Assembly (NCBI GenBank): GCA_963808625.1
Contig: CAWEHK010000037.1
Span: 80,157 to 144,156 of the forward strand
Direction: 5' to 3'
DNA length: 64,000 nt
DNA from: an uncultured delta proteobacterium
GTDB taxonomy: Bacteria; Desulfobacterota; Syntrophobacteria; Syntrophobacterales; Syntrophobacteraceae
Part shown: positions 11,857 to 21,575 of the stretch, piece by piece
Numbering within the stretch: position 1 is the first letter of the stretch
How the letters are laid out: every line of letters begins with the position of its first letter
The notes under the pieces: generated by a model
Databases searched by the model: none
Told to the model about the DNA's origin: nothing
Seen by the model: the letters and a program-made list of their open reading frames with translations, nothing else
Program-made: the position numbers and the translations under genes

Positions 11857-12723
11857 TTGAAGCGTATCAGCTTTGATAATCCGATCGCCTTCTTGAAAAT
11901 GACCGGCAGCGGCAATGATTTCATCGTCATCGACAACCGGTCGCACCGGATCGATGCGGATCGGTGCCGGGACCTGGTGCGCCTTGCCTGCCGGAGAAAG
12001 CTTTCGGTCGGGGCCGACGGCCTGATTCTGATCGAAGACGACGCCGAAGTGGACTTCCGGTGGCGGTTCTTTAACGCCGATGGCAGCGAAGCCGAGATGT
12101 GCGGAAATGGGGCTCGCTGTGCGGCGCGCTTCGCTTATCTCCAAGGCATCGTGCCCCGGCAGCAGATGGCTTTCCGGACGCTGGCCGGCATCATTCAGGC
12201 CGAAATCATGGGGGAGAGAGCAAGAGTTCGCATGACGTCTCCCCATGGTTTAAAGATGGATATCTCCTTGCAGGTGGAAGACCATTCTTTCTCTCTGCAC
12301 TTTATCGATACGGGTGTCCCTCATGTGGTCCACTTTGTAGCCGACCAACCAACGCTGGAAGGGACCGATGTTTTCCGCCTGGGTCGGGTCCTCCGTTATC
12401 ATTCTCAATTTCAGCCCGCTGGAACGAATGCGAATTTTGCCGCGATTTTTGATCCCCATAACATGGCCGTCCGTACGTATGAGCGTGGAGTTGAAGCAGA
12501 GACTCTTGCCTGCGGCACGGGTTCCATCGCTTCCGTGCTGGTAGCGGCGGCGAAAGAACTGGTAAGCTCTCCCGTGGAGGTGCTGACCCAGAGCGGGGAA
12601 ACCCTGACCATTCATTTTGAGCAGCGGAATGAGCAGGGACTGCCGGAATTTGCCGAAGTCTACCTGGAAGGAGATGCCAAGGTCGTTTACGAAGCCAGAC
12701 TCTGGGATGAAACCTTAGGATAG
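11857..12723 (+). CDS. dapF: Diaminopimelate epimerase
   Basis: GNDF, EMCGNG, GVPH, YERGV, ACGTG; TTG start inferred. Confidence 0.95.
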   Translation: MKRISFDNPIAFLKMTGSGNDFIVIDNRSHRIDADRCRDLVRLACRRKLSVGADGLILIEDDAEVDFRWRFFNADGSEAEMCGNGARCAARFAYLQGIVPRQQMAFRTLAGIIQAEIMGERARVRMTSPHGLKMDISLQVEDHSFSLHFIDTGVPHVVHFVADQPTLEGTDVFRLGRVLRYHSQFQPAGTNANFAAIFDPHNMAVRTYERGVEAETLACGTGSIASVLVAAAKELVSSPVEVLTQSGETLTIHFEQRNEQGLPEFAEVYLEGDAKVVYEARLWDETLG

Positions 12724-12737
12724 TAAGGGAGAACACC

Positions 12738-13614
12738 ATGTTTCAAGGCGCAATGGTGGCTATCGTGACACCATTCAAGGACGGTCAGGTTGACGATGCC
12801 TCACTCCGGCAACTGATCGAATTTCAGATTGCCAACGGGACGAGCGGCATCGTCCCTTGCGGGACTACGGGGGAATCCGCGACCCTTTCCTTCCACGAAC
12901 ACGAGCGGGTCATCGAGATCACGGTTGAACAGGTTAACAAACGGGTGCCGGTCATCGCCGGAACCGGTTCCAACAATACCCGAGGAAGCCATCCGTCTGA
13001 CCCAGCATGCCAGGAGTGCCGGGGCGGATGGTGCGCTGATGATCAGCCCCTACTACAACAAGCCCACTCAGGAAGGCTTGTACCGCCACTATGCGGCAGT
13101 CGCCGAAAAGGTGGACATTCCGATCATCATGTACAACATCCCGGGCCGCACGGCGGTTAACATGGAACCGAGCACCATCGCCCGGCTGGCAAAGATCGAG
13201 AATATTGTCGGCATTAAGGAAGCTTCGGGCAGCATGAAGCAGATCACGGACATCATCGCCCTGTGCGATGAGCGCTTTGTGGTGGTCTCGGGTGAGGACT
13301 ATCTGACTTATCCGCTGCTTTGCGTGGGCGGCAAAGGGGTCATCTCCGTGGTCTCCAACATTGCCCCCCGCGACATGGCCGACCTCTGCAATCTTTCTCT
13401 CGAAGGGAAATTCAGCGAGGCGCAAAAGCTCTATTACCGGCTGCTGCCCTTGTGCCATGCGCTTTTCTATGAAACCAATCCGGCCCCGGTCAAGGCCGCC
13501 CTGTTTATGATGAAGAAGATTGCCAGCGAGGAAGTTCGCTTGCCTCTGGCTCCCATGTCGGAAGCCAATCGCGAACGCCTGCGCGGCGATTTGCAGGCCT
13601 ATGGCCTGCTCTAA
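12738..13614 (+). CDS. dapA: 4-hydroxy-tetrahydrodipicolinate synthase (frameshift near 12980, probably a sequencing error)
   Basis: GTTGES in ORF 12738; PYYNKP, YNIPGRT, GIKEAS, NPAPVK in ORF 12829. Confidence 0.93.
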
Positions 13615-13626
13615 GAGGAGTACACG

Positions 13627-14431
13627 ATGGTGCGTGCGGCGGTAGCCGGCATCGCCGGCAGGATGGGGTCCCGGATCGCACAACTGGTTCGCGAGAGCGA
13701 TGGCATCGAACTGGTTGGTGTCTTCGAGCACCCTGCGCACCCCGCTGTGGGTAAGGACGTTGCCGAGGTTATCGGCGGAAGTCCCGGCGGAATAAAGATC
13801 TGCGGCAATATCAGCGAGGTCCTGGAGGAAGCGGACGTAGTGATCGACTTCACCAGCGCTTCGGCATCGCTTGGCCATTTGCAGGCGGCTGCCGCAAAGA
13901 AGGTGCCCATGGTTATGGGATCCACGGGTTTCAGCGCCGAACAGATGGCGCAGGCTCGTGAACTGAGCCAGGAACATGCCCTGTGTCCTGACCCCCAACA
14001 TGAGCATGGGGGTCAACGTGCTCTTCAAGGTCGTGGCTGATGTGACACGTTTGCTGGGCAGCGGCTTTGACGTCGAAATTGTCGAGGCGCACCATCGGTT
14101 CAAGAAGGATGCTCCGAGCGGCACCGCCCTGAAGCTGGCTCAGATCGTGGCGGGAGCGCTCGAGCGCGAACTCGATCAGGTTGGCGTTTTCGCACGACAT
14201 GGTTTGATCGGGGAGCGCACCAGCCAGGAAATCGGGATCCAGACGGTTCGGGGTGGAGACATTGTGGGGGAACATACGGTCATGTTTGCCGGCCTCGGCG
14301 AGAGGATCGAGCTCACCCATCGTGCCCACAGCCGCGACAATTTCGCCCGTGGCGCGGTCCGCGCAGCCCTCTGGGTGGTCCGGCAACCGCCCGGCCTCTA
14401 TGACATGCAGAACGTTTTAGGCATCAGATAA
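13627..14431 (+). CDS. dapB: 4-hydroxy-tetrahydrodipicolinate reductase (frameshift near 13970)
   Basis: GRMG, IDFT, GSTG, then EAHHRFKKDAPSGTA in the second frame. Confidence 0.93.
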
Positions 14432-14474
14432 CAGTCCTGATTGCCGTGGGCTGAACTCGGAGCGCGTATAACTA

Positions 14475-14526
14475 GACTCAGCACTCAGCACTCAGCACTG
14501 AACTCAGTACTCAGCACCCAGCACTA
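14475..14526. repeat. Heptamer tandem array (ACTCAGC)
   Basis: About 7 copies between dapB and dapL. Confidence 0.9.
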
Positions 14527-14542
14527 CTTTTCGGAGCGTTGA

Positions 14543-15709
14543 ATGACATTTGTTAGAGCGGAACGACTGGAGCAGCTTCCCCCGTATCTTTTCCAGGAGA
14601 TCGATCGTCTCAAGGCGGAACTCCTTGCCAAGGGTGTGGACGTCATCAATCTGGGAGTTGGAGACCCCGATCTGCCGACCCCCGGACACATCATCAAGAG
14701 GCTCCAGAAATCTGCCGAAGATCCCTCAACCCATCAATATCCCTCCTATTCCGGAATGAATGATTTCCGGATAAGCGTCGCCGGATGGTACCAGCGGCGC
14801 TTTGGTGTGGAGCTGGACCCGTTGCGCGAAGTGTTGACACTGATCGGGTCTAAAGAGGGCATTGCCCATTTTCCTCTGGCCTTCATCAATCCGGGTGATC
14901 TGGCTCTGGTGCCGACTCCGGGATATCCCGTTTATCAGGTGGCGACGCTTTTTGCCGGCGGCGAATCCTATTTCATGCCGCTGGTGCGTGAGAACCACTT
15001 CCTTCCCGACCTCGAGGCCATTCCTGCCGAGGCGGCCCGCCGCGCCAAGCTCATCTTTCTCAACTACCCGAATAATCCCACCGGCGCCACCGCTGAGCGA
15101 GATTTCTACGAAAAGGTGCTGGCTTTCGCCAGGGAATATGATCTCATCGTTTGTCATGACGCAGCCTACAGTGAAATGGCCTTTGACGGCTATCGGCCCA
15201 TGAGTTTTCTCGAAATTCCCGGCGCCAAAGAAGTGGCTATCGAATTCCACTCGCTTTCCAAAACCTACAACATGACCGGCTGGCGACTGGGCTTTGCGGT
15301 GGGAAATGCCAGGCTCATCGAGGGCTTGGGGCAGATCAAGAGCAATATCGATTCGGGCGCCTTCAACGCTGTTCAATGGGCAGGCATTGCCGCCCTTGAC
15401 GAAGACCAGGAATGCGTCAGGACGATGCAGCAAACCTACCAGGAGAGGCGTGATGTGCTCATCGCAGGGCTTCGGCGCGTTGGTTTGGAACCGGATGTTC
15501 CCAAGGCTACTTTCTATGTCTGGTGTGCTGTCCCGTCCGGGTACACGTCCTCTGCGTTCACGTCCCTTCTGCTGAAGGAATGCGGCATCGTAACGACACC
15601 GGGGAGCGGTTTCGGTGCCCCCGGCGAGGGCTACATTCGCCTGGCTCTGACCGTCGATAAAGCGCGGATTGCCGAGGCGGTGGCACGCATTGAAAAGCTG
15701 TCTTTCTAG
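14543..15709 (+). CDS. dapL: LL-diaminopimelate aminotransferase
   Basis: LPPYLF, IGSKEG, NYPNNPTG, SLSKTYNMTGWR; inside the dap cluster. Confidence 0.85.
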   Translation: MTFVRAERLEQLPPYLFQEIDRLKAELLAKGVDVINLGVGDPDLPTPGHIIKRLQKSAEDPSTHQYPSYSGMNDFRISVAGWYQRRFGVELDPLREVLTLIGSKEGIAHFPLAFINPGDLALVPTPGYPVYQVATLFAGGESYFMPLVRENHFLPDLEAIPAEAARRAKLIFLNYPNNPTGATAERDFYEKVLAFAREYDLIVCHDAAYSEMAFDGYRPMSFLEIPGAKEVAIEFHSLSKTYNMTGWRLGFAVGNARLIEGLGQIKSNIDSGAFNAVQWAGIAALDEDQECVRTMQQTYQERRDVLIAGLRRVGLEPDVPKATFYVWCAVPSGYTSSAFTSLLLKECGIVTTPGSGFGAPGEGYIRLALTVDKARIAEAVARIEKLSF

Positions 15710-15711
15710 AG

Positions 15712-16212
15712 ATGGAGCAGGTCCTGATCGGTCTGGGGAGCAATCTGGGAGATTCGGTGCAGATTTGTCTTGCAGCAATCGAGCGGTTGGCGAACCATAC
15801 GCACGTGCGGGTGCTTGGAAGGTCCTCGTTTTACCGCACGAAACCCCTCTTGCTCACCGAACAACCCTGGTTCATAAACGGGGTGGTGCTGTGTGAAACG
15901 GACCTTGACCCGGAGGCTTTGCTCGACGTGATGCATCGGATTGAAAGCGATTTCGGCCGCAACCGCGGAATTCGCTGGGGACCGAGGAAGCTTGACCTCG
16001 ACCTTCTTGCGTTTGGCGACCAGGAGATCAACCTTCCATCACTCAAGGTGCCCCATCCGCGACTTCACGAACGACGCTTTGTCTTGGAACCATTGCTGGA
16101 GCTTGTCCCCGAATGGGTCCATCCGACGCTAAAGGTCCCGGCCCGTCGCCTCCTGGAACGGATCGTGGACGAAAAGGGCGACCAGGAAGTGCAACGAGTG
16201 GAGTTGTCATGA
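15712..16212 (+). CDS. folK: 2-amino-4-hydroxy-6-hydroxymethyldihydropteridine diphosphokinase
   Basis: GLGSNLG, WGPRKLDLDLL, PHPRLHERRFVL. Confidence 0.96.
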   Translation: MEQVLIGLGSNLGDSVQICLAAIERLANHTHVRVLGRSSFYRTKPLLLTEQPWFINGVVLCETDLDPEALLDVMHRIESDFGRNRGIRWGPRKLDLDLLAFGDQEINLPSLKVPHPRLHERRFVLEPLLELVPEWVHPTLKVPARRLLERIVDEKGDQEVQRVELS

Positions 16213-16472
16213 TTCGGCTCATCCTTTATGGGATCTTGTTTTATATCGGTTATCGAATTCTTAAGCCCTGGGTAACGTCCCTCATGGGATCCGGCCGCGA
16301 TGAGCCCCGCGGCGGGTCTTCATCGCAGGAAGCCGAACTGATTCGCGATCCGCAGTGCGGGACCTATTTTTTGACCCAGCGCGGCGTCGCGGCACGGGTC
16401 GGAGGGCGAAACGTTTATTTTTGCAGTAAGGAATGTCGCGATAAGTACCTTATGAGTCACAAGGAATCGTGA
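16209..16472 (+). CDS. Small membrane-anchored YHS/TRASH-domain protein
   Basis: N-terminal TM segment, DPQCGTY...YFCSKEC. Confidence 0.75.
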   Translation: MIRLILYGILFYIGYRILKPWVTSLMGSGRDEPRGGSSSQEAELIRDPQCGTYFLTQRGVAARVGGRNVYFCSKECRDKYLMSHKES

Positions 16473-16504
16473 TGCGGAATGCCTTTTAGAACCGGGAGGA
16501 CGCC

Positions 16505-17162
16505 GTGAAATTCTTCATTGATACCGCCAATCTTGATGAAATCAGGGAAGCCCACAGCCTGGGCATCCTTGACGGGGTGACAACCAACCCTTCACTGATT
16601 GCCCGAGGAGGGCATTGCCGGCCGGAAGGCTTTCGAAAAGCATATCAAGACGATTTGTGAACTGGTTGAGGCCCCGGTAAATGCGGAAGTCGTCAGCATG
16701 ACCTTTGCCGAGATGGTTGCCGAAGCCAGGAAGGTGGCGCAAATTGATCCCAATGTGGTGGTAAAGGTGCCGATGACCCTCGATGGCATCAAAGCCGTCA
16801 GGCAGCTTTCGGAAGAAGGCATCAACACCAATGTGACGTTGGTCTTTTCACCGTTGCAGGCGCTGCTGGCGGCCAAAGCCGGAGCAACGTACATCAGTCC
16901 TTTTGTGGGTCGGCTGGATGATATTTCTCAGGATGGCATGAATGTCGTCGAAGAAATCATCGACGTCTTCGCCAACTATCTTTTCGAAACGGAAATCATC
17001 GTGGCGAGCGTCCGTAATCCCCTGCACGTTTTGACCGCAGCCAAACTGGGGGCGGACATCGCCACGATCCCCTTTAAAGTGATCGAACAACTGGCGCAGC
17101 ATCCCCTGACCGATGTCGGCATCGATAAGTTTTTGAAAGATTGGCAAAAGGTGGAGAAATAG
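16505..17162 (+). CDS. fsa: Transaldolase / fructose-6-phosphate aldolase (frameshift near 16600)
   Basis: FFIDTAN..GVTTNPS in one frame, then [26 protein letters not shown]. Confidence 0.9.
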
Positions 17163-17208
17163 GGTGCTCACAGACTTTTCTGTGGCAGTCCGGACGGAAG
17201 GATGAGCT

Positions 17209-17871
17209 ATGAGCAATCTGGTGAATTTCCCCATCAGGTGGTTGTTTCCGCTTTTCATACTGGCATCTGTGGTGCTGGCACCAGCCCTTTCCGGTGCCCA
17301 GATGTTCAGATATGTTGACAAAGACGGAGTGATCCACTTTACCAACGTACCCACGCTGCCCAACCAGGTAAAGACGCCAACCCTGCCGCCCTATGCGGCA
17401 AACCTGGTAAACCGGACCCTCTCGCCCGCACCCCGTCCCGTTTACCCCTTTCGCTCTTTGGCTCCTTCCTGTAATCCTTTGAACAGCAGCCTGTATGATC
17501 CGCATATCAAGTTTGCCTGTCAGCGATACGGGCTGGACTACCATCTGGTGAAGGCGGTGATCAGGGCGGAATCGGCTTTCGATCCTGCCGCACTCTCGCC
17601 GAAGGGGGCGATGGGATTGATGCAGTTAATGCCCGAAACCTCACGGGACCTGGGCGTGATGAATCCTTTTGATCCCCTCCAGAACATTGACGGCGGAGTC
17701 CGTTATCTGAGGTTAATGCTGGATCGTTTCAACAACAACATTACGCTCGCCCTGGCCGCTTACAACGCCGGGCCGGAAGCGGTTCAGAAGCACGGCGGAA
17801 TTCCTCCGTACGTGGAAACCAGGGACTACGTGCGGAAGGTATTGGACTTTTACGAAGCGTCTGCAAGGTAA
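17209..17871 (+). CDS. Lytic transglycosylase (DUF4124-like N-terminus + SLT domain)
   Basis: YVDKDGVIHFTN; ESAF, GAMGLMQL, AAYNAG. Confidence 0.9.
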   Translation: MSNLVNFPIRWLFPLFILASVVLAPALSGAQMFRYVDKDGVIHFTNVPTLPNQVKTPTLPPYAANLVNRTLSPAPRPVYPFRSLAPSCNPLNSSLYDPHIKFACQRYGLDYHLVKAVIRAESAFDPAALSPKGAMGLMQLMPETSRDLGVMNPFDPLQNIDGGVRYLRLMLDRFNNNITLALAAYNAGPEAVQKHGGIPPYVETRDYVRKVLDFYEASAR

Positions 17872-17890
17872 TTGCACGATATAAGGCCAG

Positions 17891-18493
17891 ATGATCGCCA
17901 TGACCCGCAGTGATTTCTCATCCCAGCACTTGACCGGCCTTCCGAACCTTCTTACTTATTTCAGGATGGCGACCATTCCGGTGATTGTGGTGGTGTTGGC
18001 GCCACCGGCTTCCGCCGAGTCCCTGAATCTTGCGTTTGCACTCTTCCTTGTCGCCTCCATTACCGACTACCTCGACGGCATCCTGGCACGGCGCCACAAC
18101 CTGGTTACTTCCATCGGCAAGCTCCTGGACCCCCTGGCGGACAAACTCCTCACCTCCGCCGTGATGATCATGCTCATTCCCCTCGGAAAAATCCCGGCGT
18201 GGCTGGTCTTGATCATCATCGGGCGAGACATAACGATCACCGGCCTCCGTTCGATTGCGGCCGGTCAGGGCCTCATTCTTGATGCCAGTCGCATGGGCAA
18301 GAACAAGATGGTCTCACAGACGGTGGGGTTGTGCTTTTTGCTCCTCACCATTTCCGGGGTTGAGCACGTGTTTGATGCCATTGGCATGGTTTTTCTGTGG
18401 ATTTCAGTCGTCCTCAGCTATTGGTCGGCACGCGACTATTGCCTCCAGTTCTACCGGCAGGCACGACGGCAAGATCTGCCGAAAGATCGATGA
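17891..18493 (+). CDS. pgsA: CDP-diacylglycerol--glycerol-3-phosphate 3-phosphatidyltransferase
   Basis: PNLLT, TDYLDGILAR, GKLLDPLADK. Confidence 0.93.
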   Translation: MIAMTRSDFSSQHLTGLPNLLTYFRMATIPVIVVVLAPPASAESLNLAFALFLVASITDYLDGILARRHNLVTSIGKLLDPLADKLLTSAVMIMLIPLGKIPAWLVLIIIGRDITITGLRSIAAGQGLILDASRMGKNKMVSQTVGLCFLLLTISGVEHVFDAIGMVFLWISVVLSYWSARDYCLQFYRQARRQDLPKDR

Positions 18494-18508
18494 GCGAGGT
18501 CGCCCCAG

Positions 18509-19616
18509 GTGCCTTTTGTCCTTCCCGAATACCAGCTCCCCCCTTTCGGCGAACCTCCCCTTGCGGAAATGCCGCCGGTTGTTTTTCGGCTGGTCACGCA
18601 ACCGGGGGTAGCTCCGGAAGATTATCACGCCACCTCCGTCTTCCCGGAATACTACCAGGTCGAAAAAGGTGACTGGAGGCTTCTTCGAGAGTCCCGCATG
18701 GACTGCGTGGCGGTCCTGGAGCGAGACGGGTCCCTCAAGGCCAGGGAATTTCGCCGCCTCCAAGTTGGGGACTCCGTCGCCTGTGGCCGCGGCGAAAACG
18801 GGGAGGACGGCATCTTCGTCCACTCGGCTCCGTTCAGTCACACTCATCCAAGTTCGGAGAAGTTCTCTTTTCGTACCCACGTCTCCCGAGAGACATCCTT
18901 TTCCATCGATTATGACGAGCTGTACGACCTCCTTTACCATGAGCGGGAGCATGGGTTTATCTTGTGGGTCCTGGGGCCGGCCGTCGCCTTTGACAAAGAT
19001 GCCCGGGAATCCCTTGTCGGGCATCATCAACAGCGGGTTCGCCCATGGGTTGCTCGCCGGCAATGCCCTGGCCGTGCATGATCTCGAAGGGTCTCTTTTT
19101 GGGACCGCTCTGGGGCAGGAAATCTATTCCAAACGGCATGCCCTGCGCGGCCATTACAAGCATCTTGACACCATCAATCGCGCCCGGGCCCTCGGTTCCA
19201 TCGAACAAATGGTCGCGGACAGACTGCTGACCGACGGCATCATGCATGCCATTCTGAAGCATAATGTTCCTTACGTTTTGGCCGGTTCCATCCGGGATGA
19301 CGGGCCGCTTCCCCATGTCATCACCAACGTGTGTGAAGCCCAGGACCAAATGCGCAGCCTGGCCTCCCGCGCCACCACCGTGATTGCCATGGCGACCCAG
19401 TTGCACGCGATTGCCACCGGGAACCTGATTCCTTGCTTTAGGGTGATGGAAAACGAGCAGGTTCGACCCGTGTATTTCTATACCGTCGATATGTCTGAAT
19501 TCGCAAGCAACAAGCTGGCCAATCGCGGCTCGCTTACCGCCCATTCGATCTTGACGAACGTTCAGGATTTCGTCGTCATTCTCGAACGGGGATTGCGCAA
19601 GAGGTCTCTGCGATGA
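18509..19616 (+). CDS. TIGR00300 / LOR-SDH family protein, resembling the ArgZ/AgrE C-terminal ornithine cyclodeaminase region (frameshift near 19015)
   Basis: SRMDC, GNALAVHDLE, LAGSIRDDGPLP, LHAIATGN motifs. Confidence 0.75.
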
Positions 19617-19669
19617 CCATTGAACTGACTTTCCCGACATCCAGCTACGCAGACTGATAAAGGAGTTTC

Positions 19670-20486
19670 GTGACGCATAAAGCCGGTCACTCATTGGCAA
19701 CACTCGATGAAGCCCTGACCGAGGTCCTGCACCAGGTGCATGTGAATATGCCCTGGAAATACCTCCCGGATTATTTTGAAATGGTCCTGGAGTCCCGGAT
19801 GAATGTGGAAATAGGTCTCGAAGCAGAGCAGCTTGATGGGGTGTCAAGGTCAGAGTTTCGCTCCGTTGCCCGAAGGCTCCACGAGAGGGGATGCCGGGTC
19901 ACCTTTCACGGTCCTTTCTGGGACCTCTGTCCCGGCAGTTCTGACGCGCTCATTCGCCAGGTCTCGCAATTTCGATTGCAGCAGCTCTTTGACCTGGTGG
20001 AGATCTTCCAGCCTCTTCAGGTGGTCTGCCATACGGGCTATGATCCGAGGCACCACGGTGGTTACCGTGACTTTTACCTGGAGCGGAGCCTTGCCGTCTG
20101 GGAACCCATGGTAGCGAGGGCGGAGGGTTCACGGTGTCCCGCTCCTCCTTGAGAACGTTTGGGAATACGATCCCGAACTGCATCGCGAGCTCTTTGCGGC
20201 GCTCGAATCCCCCTATTTCAGGTTCTGCCTGGACGTGGGACACCAGCACAGCTTCTCACAAACGCCTTTGCTCGAGTGGGTCGAAGCCCTCGGTGACTTT
20301 CTGGCTGAAATCCACGCCCACGATAATTGCGGCCACCGCGATGAACATCTTCCGGTCGGCCGGGGGACCATTGATTTTGATTCGCTCTTCACGGTCCTGC
20401 GAGCCAGGGCCATCACTCCCCTCATCACGCTGGAGCCGCACCGGGAAGAACACCTTGCCGAGAGCCTCGCAGGATTGGCAAAGTGA
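19670..20486 (+). CDS. Sugar phosphate isomerase/epimerase (xylose isomerase-like TIM barrel), frameshifted near 20130-20150
   Basis: FHGPF, CHTG, ENV, CLDVGH, HAHDN..DEHLPVGRG, TLEPH. Confidence 0.8.
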
Positions 20487-20794
20487 TGGATATTGAGGGC
20501 AAGCTCAAGTGGTCTCGCTAACGGGCAGAGCATTTCACGGATGCCTTGTCAATTCGAAAGCAGGGAGAGATCTGAATGAAACACCCTTACTGCTCTTGCG
20601 GGTAGCTTCGCGTAATCGGTAGAGATGACGGCGCTGTGGAGCCATTTCTGAAACGACGCGCTAGCATTCATCCTAAGTCCCTGGTATTAGTAATCAGCTC
20701 ATAATGAAGTGAAAAGTTCGGGTTGACATCTTTTGTGCAGTTCTTGAAGCCTGCACGCAAACCTTGATTTTGTAGAAAAGGAGCCACATCCACC

Positions 20795-21100
20795 ATGGCC
20801 GTTGTCGAAGTCAGCATTATTCCCCTCGGCGTTCCGGGTTCCAGTCTCAGTGGGCATGTTGCGCGCGTCTTGAAAGTACTTCAGGAAAGCTCGCTTCAGT
20901 TTGAACTGACTGCTATGGGGACGATCATCTCCGGGGACCTCGAAGAAATTTTGCAGGTGTTGAGAAGGATGCATGAAAGCTTGTTTTGAAGGAGAGGTCG
21001 GCCGGGTGCTCACCCAGATCAAGATCGACGATCGTCGTGACAACCTGCCAGTCCCGAACAAAAGATCCGATCGGTAATGTCGAAACTCTCAGCGAGCTGA
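20795..21100 (+). CDS. MTH1187 family thiamine-binding protein (frameshifted)
   Basis: EVSIIPLG, TAMGT, MHE, then RVLTQIKIDDRRD in an alternate frame. Confidence 0.8.
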
Positions 21101-21119
21101 AGCAGCAAGCATACAAGGC

Positions 21120-21170
21120 GTTGATGGTTGATGGTTGATGGTTGATGGTTGATAGTTCATGGTTGATGGC
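21120..21170. repeat. Heptamer tandem array (TTGATGG)
   Basis: 7 copies flanked by an imperfect direct repeat of about 30 bp. Confidence 0.93.
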
Positions 21171-21211
21171 TCGCAGTGAGCTGAAACAGCAAGTACACAA
21201 GGACTGACAAA

Positions 21212-21442
21212 ATGAAAGCATTGGTTGAATATCTCGTTAGATCCCTGGCTGATCACCCTGATCAAGTAGCACTGGCAGAACACGAAACGGATGATTCCAT
21301 CCTTCTTGAACTGAAAATTTCCCCCGATGATATCGGCAAAATTATCGGCAAAAACGGCAACACGATCAATGCCATCCGCACCGTGCTTCAGGCGGCAGCT
21401 TCGAGCCAGAAGAAACGGGTCAAACTTGAGGTTGTAAGTTGA
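21212..21442 (+). CDS. khpA: KH-domain RNA-binding protein KhpA
   Basis: 76 aa, DIGKIIGKNGNTINAIR GxxG motif. Confidence 0.85.
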   Translation: MKALVEYLVRSLADHPDQVALAEHETDDSILLELKISPDDIGKIIGKNGNTINAIRTVLQAAASSQKKRVKLEVVS

Positions 21443-21575
21443 AGCTGAATATGTCTATTGAAATTGGGGCCACCGGATTATTAGCTTAGTAGACGATGAG
21501 AATCCGAGTCACTAAGTGCCGTTTTCTCACCATACTAAATTCTAGACCGATATTTCAGGAGGAAGGATACAACTC

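Noticed and set aside
20490..20790. TPP riboswitch or other ncRNA upstream of the thiamine-binding protein gene
   Set aside because: I could not find the CTGAGA / CCTGA core or a convincing fold; an Rfam scan would be needed.
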